DNA of 64,000 nt from an uncultured Blautia sp. (GTDB lineage: Bacteria; Bacillota; Clostridia; Lachnospirales; Lachnospiraceae), in assembly GCA_946557785.1 (NCBI GenBank), contig CAMNTH010000008.1, forward strand, positions 52,085 to 116,084, given 5' to 3'. Positions 20,365 to 31,733 of the stretch are shown in pieces; the stretch's first letter is position 1; each line of letters begins with the position of its first letter. The position numbers and the translations under genes are program-made. Below the pieces are notes generated by a model. The model saw only the letters and a list, made by a program, of their open reading frames with translations. It searched no databases and was not told the DNA's origin.

Positions 20365-21672
20365 TCAGCGGCGAAGGAGAGCCCGCAGGTGGAGTGCGGA
20401 AAGGGTGCATTCGCTTATGAGGATTCCATAGAAGTAGCCTCGTATGCCGATTTCCGGGATGACCATAAGGACGAAAGTGATGCGGATGCACAGGGCTGCA
20501 ACATTGTGAAGCAGGGAAATGCCGGGCTTTCCCAGGCCGTTTATGATGCTGGACAGTGTAGTATTTAAGTACAGGAATGGACAGATAAAGGAAAGCGTAC
20601 GGATGTAGGTTCCTGCAGTAGGGCTTTTAAATAGGAGGATACCCAATGTTTTCCCAAAAAGAAAGAAAAATGCGCAGCACAGAGCACCCAGGAGAAGGCA
20701 GAAGCGGCTGGCTTTTGAGGTGACGTCCCGGATCCGTTTGCTGCGGCCAAGGGCCTGGAGCTCGGCAATGGAAGGCATGAGCATAACGGAGGCGGAATTA
20801 GTGATGGTGGATGGGAAAAAGATCAGGGGCAGCGCCATTCCTGTGAATACACCGTAAATACTTAAGGATTCCCCAGGGGAGTGGCCGTATAGCCGCAGCC
20901 TTTGAGGGATAAGGATGACTTCAATACTCCCAAGGAGGGTCAGGAGAACTTTGTTTACAGTGAGAGGAATGGACAATTCCAGTATTTTCTTCAGTTCCAG
21001 AATGGGGTGCTTGATGGAAAAAGGGACGTAGTGATGGAGCTGGAAATTTCGCCCTATACATAAAAGGGAAACCAAGGAGGCAATACATTCTCCTGCCAGG
21101 GTGCCTCCAAGTGCAATGACAGGTGTGATTTCCCTGGATTCTGACAGGAAGATCAGGTATATGAGATAGGTAGCCCCTATTCGGACGATTTGTTCCAGAA
21201 GCTGGATAAATGATGGGATTCCGGTCTTCTGCTGCGCAAAAGAGAAGCTGTTGATGCATGTATGTATAGTACTTAAGGGAAGACTAAAGGAGAGTAGTTT
21301 GATAAGGGGCAGTGTCCTGGCCTCTTTCAGGATTTCGACTGCAAAGAAATCTGCATGTCTGTACAGAAAAGAGGAGACGATTATGGAAAGCAGCAGCGCA
21401 GCGGCTGTGCCCACAGTGAAGGAATCCCTTGCTTCTTTTTGCTTTCCAAGAGCCAGATTGGATGCTGCAAGACGGGAGATGGCGGTTTGGATACCTGCTG
21501 CAGTGACAGCCAGTACCAGCATCTGCATAGGCATGAGGAGCTGGTAAATTCCAAGACCTTGTGCACCAATTGTGTGAGACAGGAATATTCTATAGAAGAA
21601 TCCCATAAGCCTTGTAAGCAGTCCGGCGCAGGTAAGGATAAGGGTTCCTTTAAAAAAATGTTGTTTTGACAT
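20365..21672 (-). CDS. SpoVB/MurJ-like polysaccharide flippase family protein
   Basis: GTLILT..GLLTRLMGFFYRIFL...GAQGLGIYQ; multi-TM; candidate sigmaE -10 CATATACT at 21706-21699. Confidence 0.88.
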   Translation of the reverse strand: MSKQHFFKGTLILTCAGLLTRLMGFFYRIFLSHTIGAQGLGIYQLLMPMQMLVLAVTAAGIQTAISRLAASNLALGKQKEARDSFTVGTAAALLLSIIVSSFLYRHADFFAVEILKEARTLPLIKLLSFSLPLSTIHTCINSFSFAQQKTGIPSFIQLLEQIVRIGATYLIYLIFLSESREITPVIALGGTLAGECIASLVSLLCIGRNFQLHHYVPFSIKHPILELKKILELSIPLTVNKVLLTLLGSIEVILIPQRLRLYGHSPGESLSIYGVFTGMALPLIFFPSTITNSASVMLMPSIAELQALGRSKRIRDVTSKASRFCLLLGALCCAFFFLFGKTLGILLFKSPTAGTYIRTLSFICPFLYLNTTLSSIINGLGKPGISLLHNVAALCIRITFVLMVIPEIGIRGYFYGILISECTLSALHLRALLRR

Positions 21673-21718
21673 AATTTCCAACCCATACCTTTTTTGTCAG
21701 TATATGCTTAAAACCGCC

Positions 21719-21780
21719 TTGACAGAACACAAGGTTTCTGCTAAAGTACTATATGAAATCCGACAAAAACACTGGGAATT
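21719..21780 (+). promoter_or_regulatory. sigmaA promoter plus putative IscR/Rrf2 operator
   Basis: TTGACA-N17-TAAAGT with TG extension; imperfect palindrome AAATCCGACAAAAACACTGGGAATT at 21756-21780. Confidence 0.55.
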
Positions 21781-21795
21781 AAAAGAGGTGAGAAG

Positions 21796-22239
21796 ATGAA
21801 GCTTTCAACAAGAGCCAGATATGGCCTTCGTGCATTGATCGATATGGGGCTTTACTGTGATAAGGAAGCGGTTTCTATTCAGAGCATTGCTGGAAGACAG
21901 AGCATTTCCGAGAGCTATCTGGAGCAGCTTATGGCGAAGCTGAAAAGGGCAGGCCTTGTAGAGAGCACCAGGGGTGCTTTGGGCGGGTACCGTTTTGGAA
22001 GACCTGTAGAGGAGATTTCCGTAGGAGATATTCTCCGGGTGCTGGAGGGTGGCCTGGAAGCTGTGGATTGTCCTGGAAATAGTTCTGAGGGTACATGCGA
22101 TGGGGCAGACCTTTGTGTAGCGAAGCATGTCTGGAAAAGAATTAATGATAGTATTACAGCAGCAGTGGATACTTTGATGCTGAGCGAGCTGATAGAAGAG
22201 AGCCGGAAGATACAGGAAACAGGCAGTACACCCGGCTGA
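21796..22239 (+). CDS. iscR: Rrf2-family regulator (IscR-like)
   Basis: MKLSTRARYGLRAL, SYLEQL, RGALGGY; three Cys (C-x7-C-x5-C); first gene of the isc operon. Confidence 0.85.
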   Translation: MKLSTRARYGLRALIDMGLYCDKEAVSIQSIAGRQSISESYLEQLMAKLKRAGLVESTRGALGGYRFGRPVEEISVGDILRVLEGGLEAVDCPGNSSEGTCDGADLCVAKHVWKRINDSITAAVDTLMLSELIEESRKIQETGSTPG

Positions 22240-22286
22240 TAAAAAACAAATCCAATATAGAAACAAAATAGCAGGAGGACAAGGAA

Positions 22287-23471
22287 ATGGAAAAAATGAT
22301 TTATCTGGATAATGCTGCAACCACAAGGACAGCGCCGGAGGTTGTAGAGGCAATGCTGCCCTATTTTTCGGAATTATATGGAAATCCTTCCAGTGTATAT
22401 GATTTTGCGGGCAAGAGTAAAGAAGCAGTAAGCAATGCACGGGGACAGATTGCAGAAGTTTTGGGAGCAAAAAAAGAAGAAATTTATTTTACGGCCGGAG
22501 GCTCTGAGGCAGATAACTGGGCGTTGAAGGCTGCCTTTGAAGCATATCAGGAAAAGGGAAAGCACATTATTACAACTAAAATTGAGCATCATGCAATACT
22601 CCATACATGCGAATATCTGGAAAAACAAAGGGGGGCAAGGATTACGTACCTTGATGTGGATGAGAATGGAATCGTGCGCCTGGAAGATCTGGAAAAAGCC
22701 ATTACGCCGGAGACGATCCTGATTTCCATTATGTTTGCAAATAATGAGATCGGCTCAATTCAGCCTGTAAAAGAAATAGGAATGATCGCCAGGGAGCATG
22801 GGATCTTGTTCCACACAGATGCAGTGCAGGCGTTTTGCCAGGTGCCCATCAATGTGGATGAATGCTGCATTGATATGCTGAGCTCCAGCGGGCATAAGAT
22901 CAATGGGCCAAAAGGTATTGGATTCTTATACATCCGAAAAGGAGTTAAGATCCGTTCCTTTGTTCACGGAGGAGCCCAGGAGAGAAAACGGCGTGCAGGA
23001 ACGGAAAACGTACCGGGCATTGTAGGGTATGGAGAAGCAGCGAAGCGTGCTTTTGATTCTATGGAAGAACGTACAGCAAAAGAGCGGGAGTTAAGGGATT
23101 ACCTGATCAAAAGAATCACCACAGAGATTCCCTATGTAAAGCTCAACGGGCATACAGAAAAAAGGCTTCCCAATAATGTAAATGTAAGCTTTCGCTTTGT
23201 AGAAGGTGAGTCATTGCTTTTGATGCTGGACAGCTATGGCATTTGCGGCTCCAGTGGTTCTGCCTGTACATCAGGCTCATTGGATCCGTCCCATGTACTG
23301 CTGGCCATCGGCCTGCCTCATGAAATTGCCCACGGCTCTTTAAGACTGACCCTTGGAGAGGATACCACCAGAGAGGATCTGGATTATACAGTGGATAAAT
23401 TAAAAGAAATTGTACAGAATTTAAGAAATATGTCACCATTATATGAAGACTTTATGAAAAATAATAAATAA
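22287..23471 (+). CDS. nifS: Cysteine desulfurase
   Basis: YLDNAATT, HTDAVQ, SSGHKINGPKG, SSGSACTS. Confidence 0.97.
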   Translation: MEKMIYLDNAATTRTAPEVVEAMLPYFSELYGNPSSVYDFAGKSKEAVSNARGQIAEVLGAKKEEIYFTAGGSEADNWALKAAFEAYQEKGKHIITTKIEHHAILHTCEYLEKQRGARITYLDVDENGIVRLEDLEKAITPETILISIMFANNEIGSIQPVKEIGMIAREHGILFHTDAVQAFCQVPINVDECCIDMLSSSGHKINGPKGIGFLYIRKGVKIRSFVHGGAQERKRRAGTENVPGIVGYGEAAKRAFDSMEERTAKERELRDYLIKRITTEIPYVKLNGHTEKRLPNNVNVSFRFVEGESLLLMLDSYGICGSSGSACTSGSLDPSHVLLAIGLPHEIAHGSLRLTLGEDTTREDLDYTVDKLKEIVQNLRNMSPLYEDFMKNNK

Positions 23472-23502
23472 CAGAAAAATACTTTATTTGGAGGAATAAA
23501 AG

Positions 23503-23949
23503 ATGTATAGTGAAAAAGTAATGGACCATTTTCAGAATCCCCGCAATGTAGGAGAAATTGAAAACGCAAGCGGCATAGGAACTGTAGGCAATGCGAAATG
23601 CGGAGATATCATGAGAATTTTTCTGGATATTGATAAAGAAACCCATATTATCAGAGATTGCAAATTCAAGACCTTTGGCTGCGGGGCTGCAGTAGCTACA
23701 AGCAGCATGGCAACAGAGCTTGTGAAAGGAAAAACCATTGAGGAAGCCATGCAGGTGACCAACAAGGCAGTAATGGAAGCCCTTGACGGGCTTCCGCCTG
23801 TAAAAGTACACTGTTCCCTCCTTGCAGAAGAGGCTATCCATGCTGCGCTTTGGGATTATGCAGAAAAGCATGGCATTGTGATCGAAGGTCTGGAGAAACC
23901 AAAATCAGATATCCATGAGGGAGAAGAGGAGGAAGAGGAAGAGTATTGA
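23503..23949 (+). CDS. nifU: Fe-S cluster scaffold protein
   Basis: GNAKCGD, FGCGAA, PVKVHCS. Confidence 0.96.
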   Translation: MYSEKVMDHFQNPRNVGEIENASGIGTVGNAKCGDIMRIFLDIDKETHIIRDCKFKTFGCGAAVATSSMATELVKGKTIEEAMQVTNKAVMEALDGLPPVKVHCSLLAEEAIHAALWDYAEKHGIVIEGLEKPKSDIHEGEEEEEEEY

Positions 23950-25031
23950 TGGAAAAAGAAAAAATAGTCGTTGGGCTTTCCGGAGGCGTGGATTCTTCTG
24001 TCGCTGCATATCTTCTGAAGGAACAGGGGTATGAGGTTATTGGTGTAACCATGGTGAATTTCCGTGAAGAGGATCTGCCGGAGCATACATCATCTTCCGG
24101 GGAAAAGATTGTGGCAGACGCTGCAAAAGTTGCAGGGTTTTTGGGAATCCGGCATTATGTGGCGGATGTCTGCGCAGAATTTAAAGAAAATGTCATCGAT
24201 TATTTTATAAAAGAATATCTTTCCGGCAGAACTCCGAATCCTTGTGTGGTTTGCAATCGTTATATTAAATGGAAGGCAATTATGGAGCAGGGAGAGAAGC
24301 TTGGGGCTGATCTTTTGGCTACAGGGCATTATGCCCGCATTGAGCTTTTAGAAAACGGCAGATATGCTTTGAAATGCTCCGTAAGCGCAGCCAAGGATCA
24401 GACGTATGCACTTTATGGACTGACACAGGAGCAGTTATCCAGAACCAGGATGCCCCTTGGCGCATATACAAAGGAAGAAATACGCGCTATGGCAGAGGAA
24501 ATCGGACTTCCGGTGGCAAATAAGCCGGATAGCATGGAAATCTGTTTTATCCCGGATAAGGACTATGCCGGATTTATTGAAAAGCATGTGGATACGTCCA
24601 TTCCAATAGGAAACTATGTAAATACGTCCGGAGACATTCTGGGCAGACACCAGGGGATCACTCATTATACCATAGGCCAGAGAAAAGGGCTGAATCTTGC
24701 AATGGGACATCCTGTGTTTGTGACGGAAATTCGGCCAGAGACCAATGAAGTGGTAATAGGAGAAAATGAAGATATCCTGATACCGGTGCTGCGTGCGGGA
24801 AAACTGAATGCCATGTCTGTACCGGAGTTTACCACGGGGATGGAAGTCATTGCAAAAATACGTTATAACCATAAGGGTGCGCCTGCTGTTTTGGAAAAAG
24901 TGGGAGAGGATGAGGTTCTGGTAAAATTCAGGGAACCCCAGAGGGCTATTACCCCCGGACAGGCTGTTGTATTTTACCAGGATGGCTATGTGGCTGGCGG
25001 AGGAATTATTGACGGACCAGTAAGAGAGTAA
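23949..25031 (+). CDS. mnmA: tRNA 2-thiouridylase
   Basis: GLSGGVDSS, TPNPCVVCN, ATGHY, KDQTY, TPGQA. Confidence 0.97.
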   Translation: MEKEKIVVGLSGGVDSSVAAYLLKEQGYEVIGVTMVNFREEDLPEHTSSSGEKIVADAAKVAGFLGIRHYVADVCAEFKENVIDYFIKEYLSGRTPNPCVVCNRYIKWKAIMEQGEKLGADLLATGHYARIELLENGRYALKCSVSAAKDQTYALYGLTQEQLSRTRMPLGAYTKEEIRAMAEEIGLPVANKPDSMEICFIPDKDYAGFIEKHVDTSIPIGNYVNTSGDILGRHQGITHYTIGQRKGLNLAMGHPVFVTEIRPETNEVVIGENEDILIPVLRAGKLNAMSVPEFTTGMEVIAKIRYNHKGAPAVLEKVGEDEVLVKFREPQRAITPGQAVVFYQDGYVAGGGIIDGPVRE

Positions 25032-25048
25032 AAATGTGTGGTGGAAAG

Positions 25049-27463
25049 ATGACAGGACTTACAAACGAACAGGTAACCAAGAGAATTGAAGAAGGGCAGG
25101 TTAATGCCAACGAGAACCCCAATACCAGAACCTATAAGCAAATCATCCGAGAGAACACTCTGACGTTCTTCAACTTTTTGCATGTTGTTCTTCTTGTGAT
25201 TGTGCTTCTTGTGGGGTCTTATAAGAACTCCACGTTTGTGGTGATTATCATTACTAATACGGTGATTGGAATCCTGCAGGAGATCAGGGCAAAGAAAACC
25301 ATTGACAAATTGGCGATCCTTGCGGAAAGCAAGGTTACGGTATTGAGGGAGAATGAGCTTAAGATCATATCTACAGAGGAACTGGTGCTGGATGATTATA
25401 TTATGCTGAAAACAGGGGATCAGATACCGGCAGATGCCAGGGTTCTGGAGGGACAGATTGAAGTAAATGAATCCCTTTTGACCGGTGAATCGGACAATTT
25501 GTCAAAGACGGCAGGGGACGAGCTTTTTTCCGGAAGCTTTGTAACCTCCGGTGAAGCATGCTGCCAGGTGATCCATGTGGGTAAAGACAACTATGCTTCA
25601 CAGATCACTAGTGAAGCGAAGGAGTTCAAGCGCCATAATTCGGAACTTCGTAATTCTCTGAATGCAATTTTGAAAGTGATCAGTATTATCATTGTTCCTA
25701 TGGGACTGCTTCTGTTTTATAAGCAGTTCTATCTTGTAGGGGATAGCCTTACAGATTCGGTAGTAAGTACTGTGTCTGCTGTTCTTGGAATGATTCCAGA
25801 GGGGCTGGTGCTGCTGACCAGTGTGGCTTTGACGTTAGGAGCCCTGGTGCTTGCCCAGAAGAAAACCCTGGTACAGGAATTATACTGCATTGAAACTCTT
25901 GCAAGGGTAGATACTCTTTGCCTGGATAAAACAGGTACCATCACAGAGGGAAGTATGTGCGTGGAGCAGGTGGTACCTTATATAGAAGAAACAGAAAAAA
26001 GTGAAACAAAAGAAGAAGCTCAAGAATTGATGGAAGGAATCTCCCTCTCAGAAATAGAGAGGATCATGGGAAACCTCATGGCAGTTTTAAAAGATCAAAA
26101 TGCAACGGCAGATGCACTGCATAAGCGTTTTTCTATTAAAAGGGATATGAAGGAGAAATATGTGATTCCTTTTTCCTCAGACAGAAAGTACAGCGGAGCT
26201 TCCTTTGAGGAGCGCGGTACCTATCTTATGGGTGCGGCACAGTTTTTGTTTCCGCAGGGTGAGGAGAAGCTGAAAGAACAATGCGGGAAGTACGCTGGCC
26301 AGGGCCTGCGAATACTTGTTCTTGCCCACAGCCAGGAAGTGGCAGAAGGACCGGAGATTCCAGGCGGCTTAGAGCCTATCGCCTTTCTTCTTCTTACGGA
26401 TGTGATTCGTGAAGAAGCGCCGGATACCCTGCAGTTTTTTGGTACCCAGGGAGTAGACCTGAAGGTGATTTCCGGTGATGATCCGGTGACGGTTTCTGCG
26501 ATCGCCCAGAAAGCAGGGCTGAAGAATGCGGAACATTATGTGGATGCAACAACCCTTTATTGCCAGGAAGACATTGAAAAGGCAGTGGCAGAGTACAGTG
26601 TTTTTGGCCGGGTGACCCCTCAGCAGAAGAAGGCGATGGTTCAGGCACTGAGATCCCAGGGACATACCGTTGCCATGACAGGAGACGGTGTAAATGATGT
26701 TTTGGCACTGAAAGAGGCAGACTGCAGTGTTGCAATGGCAGAGGGCAGCGATGCTGCAAAAAATATTGCAAACGTGGTGCTTTTGGACTCCAATTTTGCG
26801 TCCATGCCCCATATTGTGAACCAGGGGCGAAGAGTGGTGAATAATATTCGTACAGCGGCATCCATGTTCCTGATCAAGACGATTTTTTCTGTGTGTTTGT
26901 CCCTGCTGACCATATTCTTCGGGGAGGCTTATCCTTTTGAGCCGATACAGATGTCTTTGATCAGCGCCTGCGCAGTAGGAATCCCAACCTTCTTTCTTGC
27001 ACAGGAAAATAATTACGATAAGATCGACCATACGTTTCTGCGGCATGTATTTATGAATGCATTCCCTGCGGCGATCACCATCACGGCCTGTGTGTTTGCG
27101 ATTATGCAGGTCTGCCAGAGCACTTATTCCTCCACGGATATGCTTAATACTGCTTGTGTGCTGGTAACAGGATGGAATTATATGGCTGCTTTAAAGACAG
27201 TTTATGCTCCTTTGAACCGTTACCGCAAAATTGTCATATATGGTATGCAGGTTTCTTTCTTTGTAGTGTCTGTGGCATTCCAGAATCTGCTGGCTCTTGG
27301 TTCGCTGGAGTATGGGATGATTGTTCTGGTATTCATTTTGATGACATTTTCACCAATTGCCATTGACGTAATCACAGAATGGATCCGGAGAGTTTACGAC
27401 CGTTCTCTTGACAAAGAGAACCCGGGAAAATTCTTTGCATTTTTAAATAAACTGCAGCAATAA
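25049..27463 (+). CDS. Cation-translocating P-type ATPase
   Basis: LTGES, PEGL, DKTGTIT, GDGVND. Confidence 0.95.
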   Translation: MTGLTNEQVTKRIEEGQVNANENPNTRTYKQIIRENTLTFFNFLHVVLLVIVLLVGSYKNSTFVVIIITNTVIGILQEIRAKKTIDKLAILAESKVTVLRENELKIISTEELVLDDYIMLKTGDQIPADARVLEGQIEVNESLLTGESDNLSKTAGDELFSGSFVTSGEACCQVIHVGKDNYASQITSEAKEFKRHNSELRNSLNAILKVISIIIVPMGLLLFYKQFYLVGDSLTDSVVSTVSAVLGMIPEGLVLLTSVALTLGALVLAQKKTLVQELYCIETLARVDTLCLDKTGTITEGSMCVEQVVPYIEETEKSETKEEAQELMEGISLSEIERIMGNLMAVLKDQNATADALHKRFSIKRDMKEKYVIPFSSDRKYSGASFEERGTYLMGAAQFLFPQGEEKLKEQCGKYAGQGLRILVLAHSQEVAEGPEIPGGLEPIAFLLLTDVIREEAPDTLQFFGTQGVDLKVISGDDPVTVSAIAQKAGLKNAEHYVDATTLYCQEDIEKAVAEYSVFGRVTPQQKKAMVQALRSQGHTVAMTGDGVNDVLALKEADCSVAMAEGSDAAKNIANVVLLDSNFASMPHIVNQGRRVVNNIRTAASMFLIKTIFSVCLSLLTIFFGEAYPFEPIQMSLISACAVGIPTFFLAQENNYDKIDHTFLRHVFMNAFPAAITITACVFAIMQVCQSTYSSTDMLNTACVLVTGWNYMAALKTVYAPLNRYRKIVIYGMQVSFFVVSVAFQNLLALGSLEYGMIVLVFILMTFSPIAIDVITEWIRRVYDRSLDKENPGKFFAFLNKLQQ

Positions 27464-27498
27464 AAATGGTGCCGGTTCAAAAATCCGGCACCATTTTT
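27462..27498. terminator. Bidirectional terminator
   Basis: AAAAATGGTGCCGG/CCGGCACCATTTTT. Confidence 0.88.
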
Positions 27499-27512
27499 AT
27501 TGCTGCAATATC

Positions 27513-29444
27513 CTATGATTTTTTTCTGCATAGCCAGTAACAGCCAAATGCAGGAATCTGTACGCCTTTTGCTTCCATTTCACGGCCGGAAATGAGATCC
27601 AGGTACATACCGTCTTCCTCATTGATCCAGGCAACCTTATCGTATTCACTGAAATTGTAAATGCCAATGAATTTTTCCTCTTCATTTTCACGAACCAAGG
27701 CCAGGATGGAAGAATCCCAGGTATCAATGGTACGCAGCTGTGCGCTTGCGTTGAACACGCTGTGTGAGGTGCGGATATGTTCCAGTTTATCCAGCATAGG
27801 GAAGAGACGGCCCTGCACAGTATGAGGCAGCCTGCGGTTCTTGGCCAGCTCCCAGTTAAAGCTACCTCTGTGGAGATAACGGGAATCAGCTGCTTTGTCA
27901 GGATCGTTTTTATAAGAATAATCGTTAAGCTGGCCGATTTCGTCACCGCTGTATATCACCGGGATTCCTGACTGAGAAAGCATAAATGCATGAAGGGTGA
28001 TATCATAGCGGATACCAAGAGAAACGCCTTCTTCATTTCCTTCAAAACCGGCACGTTCAATACCGCAAAGAGAAGCAGTAGTTCCGCAAAGCCTTGCATC
28101 TCCTAAACGGGGATCATCGTTATAAAGTTCTCCCCTTCCGAAGGAACCGGGGTACTTTCCTGTAAAGAAATCGTTCAGGTATTTCTTATGGGGAACTTCG
28201 GAAATGGCAAAATTTTTAAGGAATACATAATCCAGGCCCCAGCCGATATCATCATGGCAGCGCAGGTAATTCTGGAAAGTATAGTCTCTTGGGAGGGAGG
28301 CGATAATATCCATCTGGCGGCGAAGAAGAGACACGTCTCTGGTGGCAACCGTATGCCAGGTACTGGCCATGGTAGTTACGTTATAAAGGAGATGGCATTC
28401 AGGCTTATCCACTGTGCCGAAGTAGGGCACAACCTTTTCCGGTTCCATGACAACCTCGCCAAGGAGCAGGACGCCGGGGCAGACGATCTCACAGATCATT
28501 CGCATCATACGAACCATGGTATGAACCTGGGGAAGATTGCGGCAATTGGTGCCAAGCTGCTTCCAGATATAGGGAACTGCATCCAGCCTAACGATATCCA
28601 CGCCCTGGTTAGCCAGATAAAGCATATTGAAAATCATTTCATTCAATACAATAGGATTACGGTAATTCAGATCCCACTGATAAGGATAAAACGTAGTCAT
28701 AACATGCTTGCCAAGTTCCGAAAGCCATGTGAAATTGCCGGGAGCAGTGGTGGGAAATACCTGGGGACAAGTCTGCTCATACATGGCAGGAACATCGTAG
28801 GTATCAAAGAAGAAATAGCGATCCTGGTATTCCTTTTCTCCTGCACGGGCACGTTTGGCCCACTGATGATCCTCGGAAGTATGATTCATAACGAAGTCCA
28901 GACATACGCTGATGCCGTGTTCATGGCATTTGCCTGTAAGCTCTGCGAAATCTTCCATGGTGCCAAGCTCTTCCTGGACAGTACGGAAATCTGCTACAGC
29001 GTAGCCACCGTCGCTTCTTCCTTTCGGAGAGGAGAGAAGGGGCATAAGGTGAAGGTAGTTGACATTACATTCCCGGATATAATCAAGATTTTCTTCAATG
29101 CCTTTTAAAGTTCCGGCAAAGGAGCTGACATACATCATCATACCGATAAGGTCGTTGCGTTTGTACCAGCTGGGATCTTTTTCCCTTCTTAGATCTGATT
29201 CTTTTAAAGCGGAATTTCTGTCAGAATAGAATTTTTTCATTTCTGAAACCAGGTCATCCAGATGCATCATGACATAAGGATTGTCCTGATACAGTTCGCA
29301 GTAGAGCCATTTCAGCTCATCGTAGTGACGGGCGAGGCGCTGCTGGAAAGTATGGATGTCTGCTTGAAGCATTTCTGTTTTAGGCATTTCTGCCGGTGCT
29401 GCTTTTTGTGCTGTTTTTTTCTTCTGGAGTCTTTTGCTTGCCAT
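27513..29444 (-). CDS. GH13 amylosucrase-like alpha-amylase family protein
   Basis: YLHLMP, SDGGYAV, DFVMNHTS, RLDAVPY, GEVV, RCHDD. Confidence 0.9.
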   Translation of the reverse strand: MASKRLQKKKTAQKAAPAEMPKTEMLQADIHTFQQRLARHYDELKWLYCELYQDNPYVMMHLDDLVSEMKKFYSDRNSALKESDLRREKDPSWYKRNDLIGMMMYVSSFAGTLKGIEENLDYIRECNVNYLHLMPLLSSPKGRSDGGYAVADFRTVQEELGTMEDFAELTGKCHEHGISVCLDFVMNHTSEDHQWAKRARAGEKEYQDRYFFFDTYDVPAMYEQTCPQVFPTTAPGNFTWLSELGKHVMTTFYPYQWDLNYRNPIVLNEMIFNMLYLANQGVDIVRLDAVPYIWKQLGTNCRNLPQVHTMVRMMRMICEIVCPGVLLLGEVVMEPEKVVPYFGTVDKPECHLLYNVTTMASTWHTVATRDVSLLRRQMDIIASLPRDYTFQNYLRCHDDIGWGLDYVFLKNFAISEVPHKKYLNDFFTGKYPGSFGRGELYNDDPRLGDARLCGTTASLCGIERAGFEGNEEGVSLGIRYDITLHAFMLSQSGIPVIYSGDEIGQLNDYSYKNDPDKAADSRYLHRGSFNWELAKNRRLPHTVQGRLFPMLDKLEHIRTSHSVFNASAQLRTIDTWDSSILALVRENEEEKFIGIYNFSEYDKVAWINEEDGMYLDLISGREMEAKGVQIPAFGCYWLCRKKS

Positions 29445-29651
29445 AGGTTTCCTCCCGGTTATTTTCTTATTTTATCAAATTATTATGTCAGAACATACAA
29501 TATGAAATGGATTTCATATTTCTGTTCATTATCTTACAAGTGTGTATAAAAAATGTCAAGTATCATAATGACATAAAAATAAGAAAAACTTTAGGTGATT
29601 TGCACTATCCTTATAGCAGCAGGGAGGTTTGCAGGGCTTGAGGAAGGATTT

Positions 29652-30473
29652 TTACAGCTTGATAAATTCAGGCTTTCTGCTGCGGAATATCGTATAATAG
29701 GAAAAACCGCATTCCGTAAGAACGTTAATCGCCTTATCAAAGGCATAGGCGATTTTGTCAGGGGAGTGGGCATCAGCGCCAATGGTAATAATCTCGCCTC
29801 CAAGCTCCCTGTAACGCAGGATCACATCTTTACAGGGATTGGGTTCTTTAAGTCCGTAGTGGTAGCCTCCTGTATTCAGCTCAATTCCCACGCCCTTAGA
29901 AATCAATGTGCGAAGAATCTCATCCAGAATATCTCTGTAACGTTTATAAGAATAGGCACGATTTTTATTTGGTCCATAACGTACAATATAATCAATATGG
30001 CCATAAACATCCATTCCGGAAAAAGCACGGATGTTTTCCAGGATGGATTCAAAATATTCCTCATATGCACAAGCTTCGTCCCGCCCTTTAAAATAATCCG
30101 GGTAATAGGGATCATACCCGTGAACTACGTGAGAAGAACCGATCACAAAATCAAAGGGCGTTTCTTTTAAAAGCTTTTTAAAAAAATCAGTAAGATGGGG
30201 CTGGAGTCCCAGTTCAATACCGAACCGTATCTGAAGCTTATTGTAAAAGTCCTCCTTTAAAGAAAAGATTTTTTTTTGGTATGCAGGAATGTCCAGGGAA
30301 AAAGTAATGGAATCAGGGGTTTCGGGATAGTCCGGATCCAAATGCTCTGTAAAGCAGATTCCGGAAAGACCCCGGGAAACAGCACCTTGTATCATATCCT
30401 CCATTGAAGCCTTTCCATCAGCAGAAAAGGAAGAGTGCATGTGACAGTCCCATTGGATCTGTTGATTCATCAT
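29652..30473 (-). CDS. PHP-family histidinol-phosphatase-like hydrolase
   Basis: DCHMHS, CFTEH, GSSH, GHIDY, GADAH. Confidence 0.88.
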   Translation of the reverse strand: MMNQQIQWDCHMHSSFSADGKASMEDMIQGAVSRGLSGICFTEHLDPDYPETPDSITFSLDIPAYQKKIFSLKEDFYNKLQIRFGIELGLQPHLTDFFKKLLKETPFDFVIGSSHVVHGYDPYYPDYFKGRDEACAYEEYFESILENIRAFSGMDVYGHIDYIVRYGPNKNRAYSYKRYRDILDEILRTLISKGVGIELNTGGYHYGLKEPNPCKDVILRYRELGGEIITIGADAHSPDKIAYAFDKAINVLTECGFSYYTIFRSRKPEFIKL

Positions 30474-30577
30474 AAGAGAAGTCCTCCTTTTTTCAAAAAC
30501 ATGTTTCGCCTTTATGATTCTATCCCGCCCATTATACCATAATTTTCTTTTTTACATGGATTTTTTATAAAATGCTC

Positions 30578-30606
30578 TTGAATTTTTGTATGAAATTCGG
30601 TACAAT
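30578..30606 (+). promoter_or_regulatory. sigmaA promoter of gap-pgk-tpiA
   Basis: TTGAAT-N17-TACAAT. Confidence 0.7.
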
Positions 30607-30683
30607 AACCCATAGGTTGATGTTTCTTTAACAAACAAAGAGACCTCATATATTAACCATTTATTTTATAGGAGGAATTTATC

Positions 30684-31703
30684 ATGGCAGTAAAAGTTGC
30701 AATCAATGGATTCGGCCGTATTGGCCGTCTTGCATTCCGTCAGATGTTTGGAGCAGAAGGATTTGAAATCGTGGCAATCAACGATTTAACTTCCCCGAAG
30801 ATGCTGGCACACTTATTAAAATATGACTCCACTCAGGGAAGATACGCTCTGTGTGACAAAGTTGAAGCTGGCGAAGATTCCATCACTGTAGACGGAAAAG
30901 AAATCAAGATTTATGCAAAAGCTAATGCTGCAGAACTTCCTTGGGGAGAGATCGGTGTAGATGTAGTTCTGGAATGTACAGGATTCTACACCTCCAAAGC
31001 AAAAGCTCAGGCTCATATTGATGCAGGTGCTAAACACGTTATCATTTCCGCTCCGGCTGGAAACGACCTTCCTACCATCGTTTACAATGTAAACCATGCA
31101 GGTCTTACAAAAGATGACAAGATCATCTCCGCAGCTTCCTGTACAACAAACTGCTTAGCTCCAATGGCTAAAGCATTAAATGACTGCGCACCTATCAAGA
31201 CTGGTATCATGTGCACAATCCACGCTTACACAGGCGATCAGATGACACTTGACGGACCGCAGAGAAAAGGCGATCTGAGAAGATCCCGCGCAGCTGCAGT
31301 TAATATCGTTCCGAACAGCACCGGTGCTGCAAAAGCTATCGGCCTTGTTATTCCGGAACTGAACGGCAAGCTGATCGGTGCTGCTCAGCGTGTTCCTACC
31401 CCAACAGGTTCAACAACTATCTTAACGGCAGTTGTTGAAGGAACTGTTACAAAAGAGCAGATCAATGCAGCTATGAAAGCAGCTTCCAACGAGTCCTTCG
31501 GATACAACGAAGACGAAATCGTATCCAGCGATATCGTAGGAATGAAATTTGGTTCCCTGTTCGATGCTACCCAGACAATGGTTCTTCCTCTGGACAACGG
31601 AACAACACAGGTGCAGGTAGTTTCCTGGTATGACAATGAAAACTCCTATACAAGCCAGATGGTTCGTACTATCAAACACTTCGGAAGCCTGCTTAACGCA
31701 TAA
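30684..31703 (+). CDS. gap: Glyceraldehyde-3-phosphate dehydrogenase
   Basis: [21 protein letters not shown]. Confidence 0.99.
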   Translation: MAVKVAINGFGRIGRLAFRQMFGAEGFEIVAINDLTSPKMLAHLLKYDSTQGRYALCDKVEAGEDSITVDGKEIKIYAKANAAELPWGEIGVDVVLECTGFYTSKAKAQAHIDAGAKHVIISAPAGNDLPTIVYNVNHAGLTKDDKIISAASCTTNCLAPMAKALNDCAPIKTGIMCTIHAYTGDQMTLDGPQRKGDLRRSRAAAVNIVPNSTGAAKAIGLVIPELNGKLIGAAQRVPTPTGSTTILTAVVEGTVTKEQINAAMKAASNESFGYNEDEIVSSDIVGMKFGSLFDATQTMVLPLDNGTTQVQVVSWYDNENSYTSQMVRTIKHFGSLLNA

Positions 31704-31733
31704 TCCAAGCCTGATAGAAGTATAGACTCACCA

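Noticed and set aside
30617-30634. Possible Rex operator downstream of the gap promoter (TTGATGT-TTCT-TTAACAA)
   Set aside because: Only the right half matches TTGTTAA-N4-TTAACAA; too weak to call.
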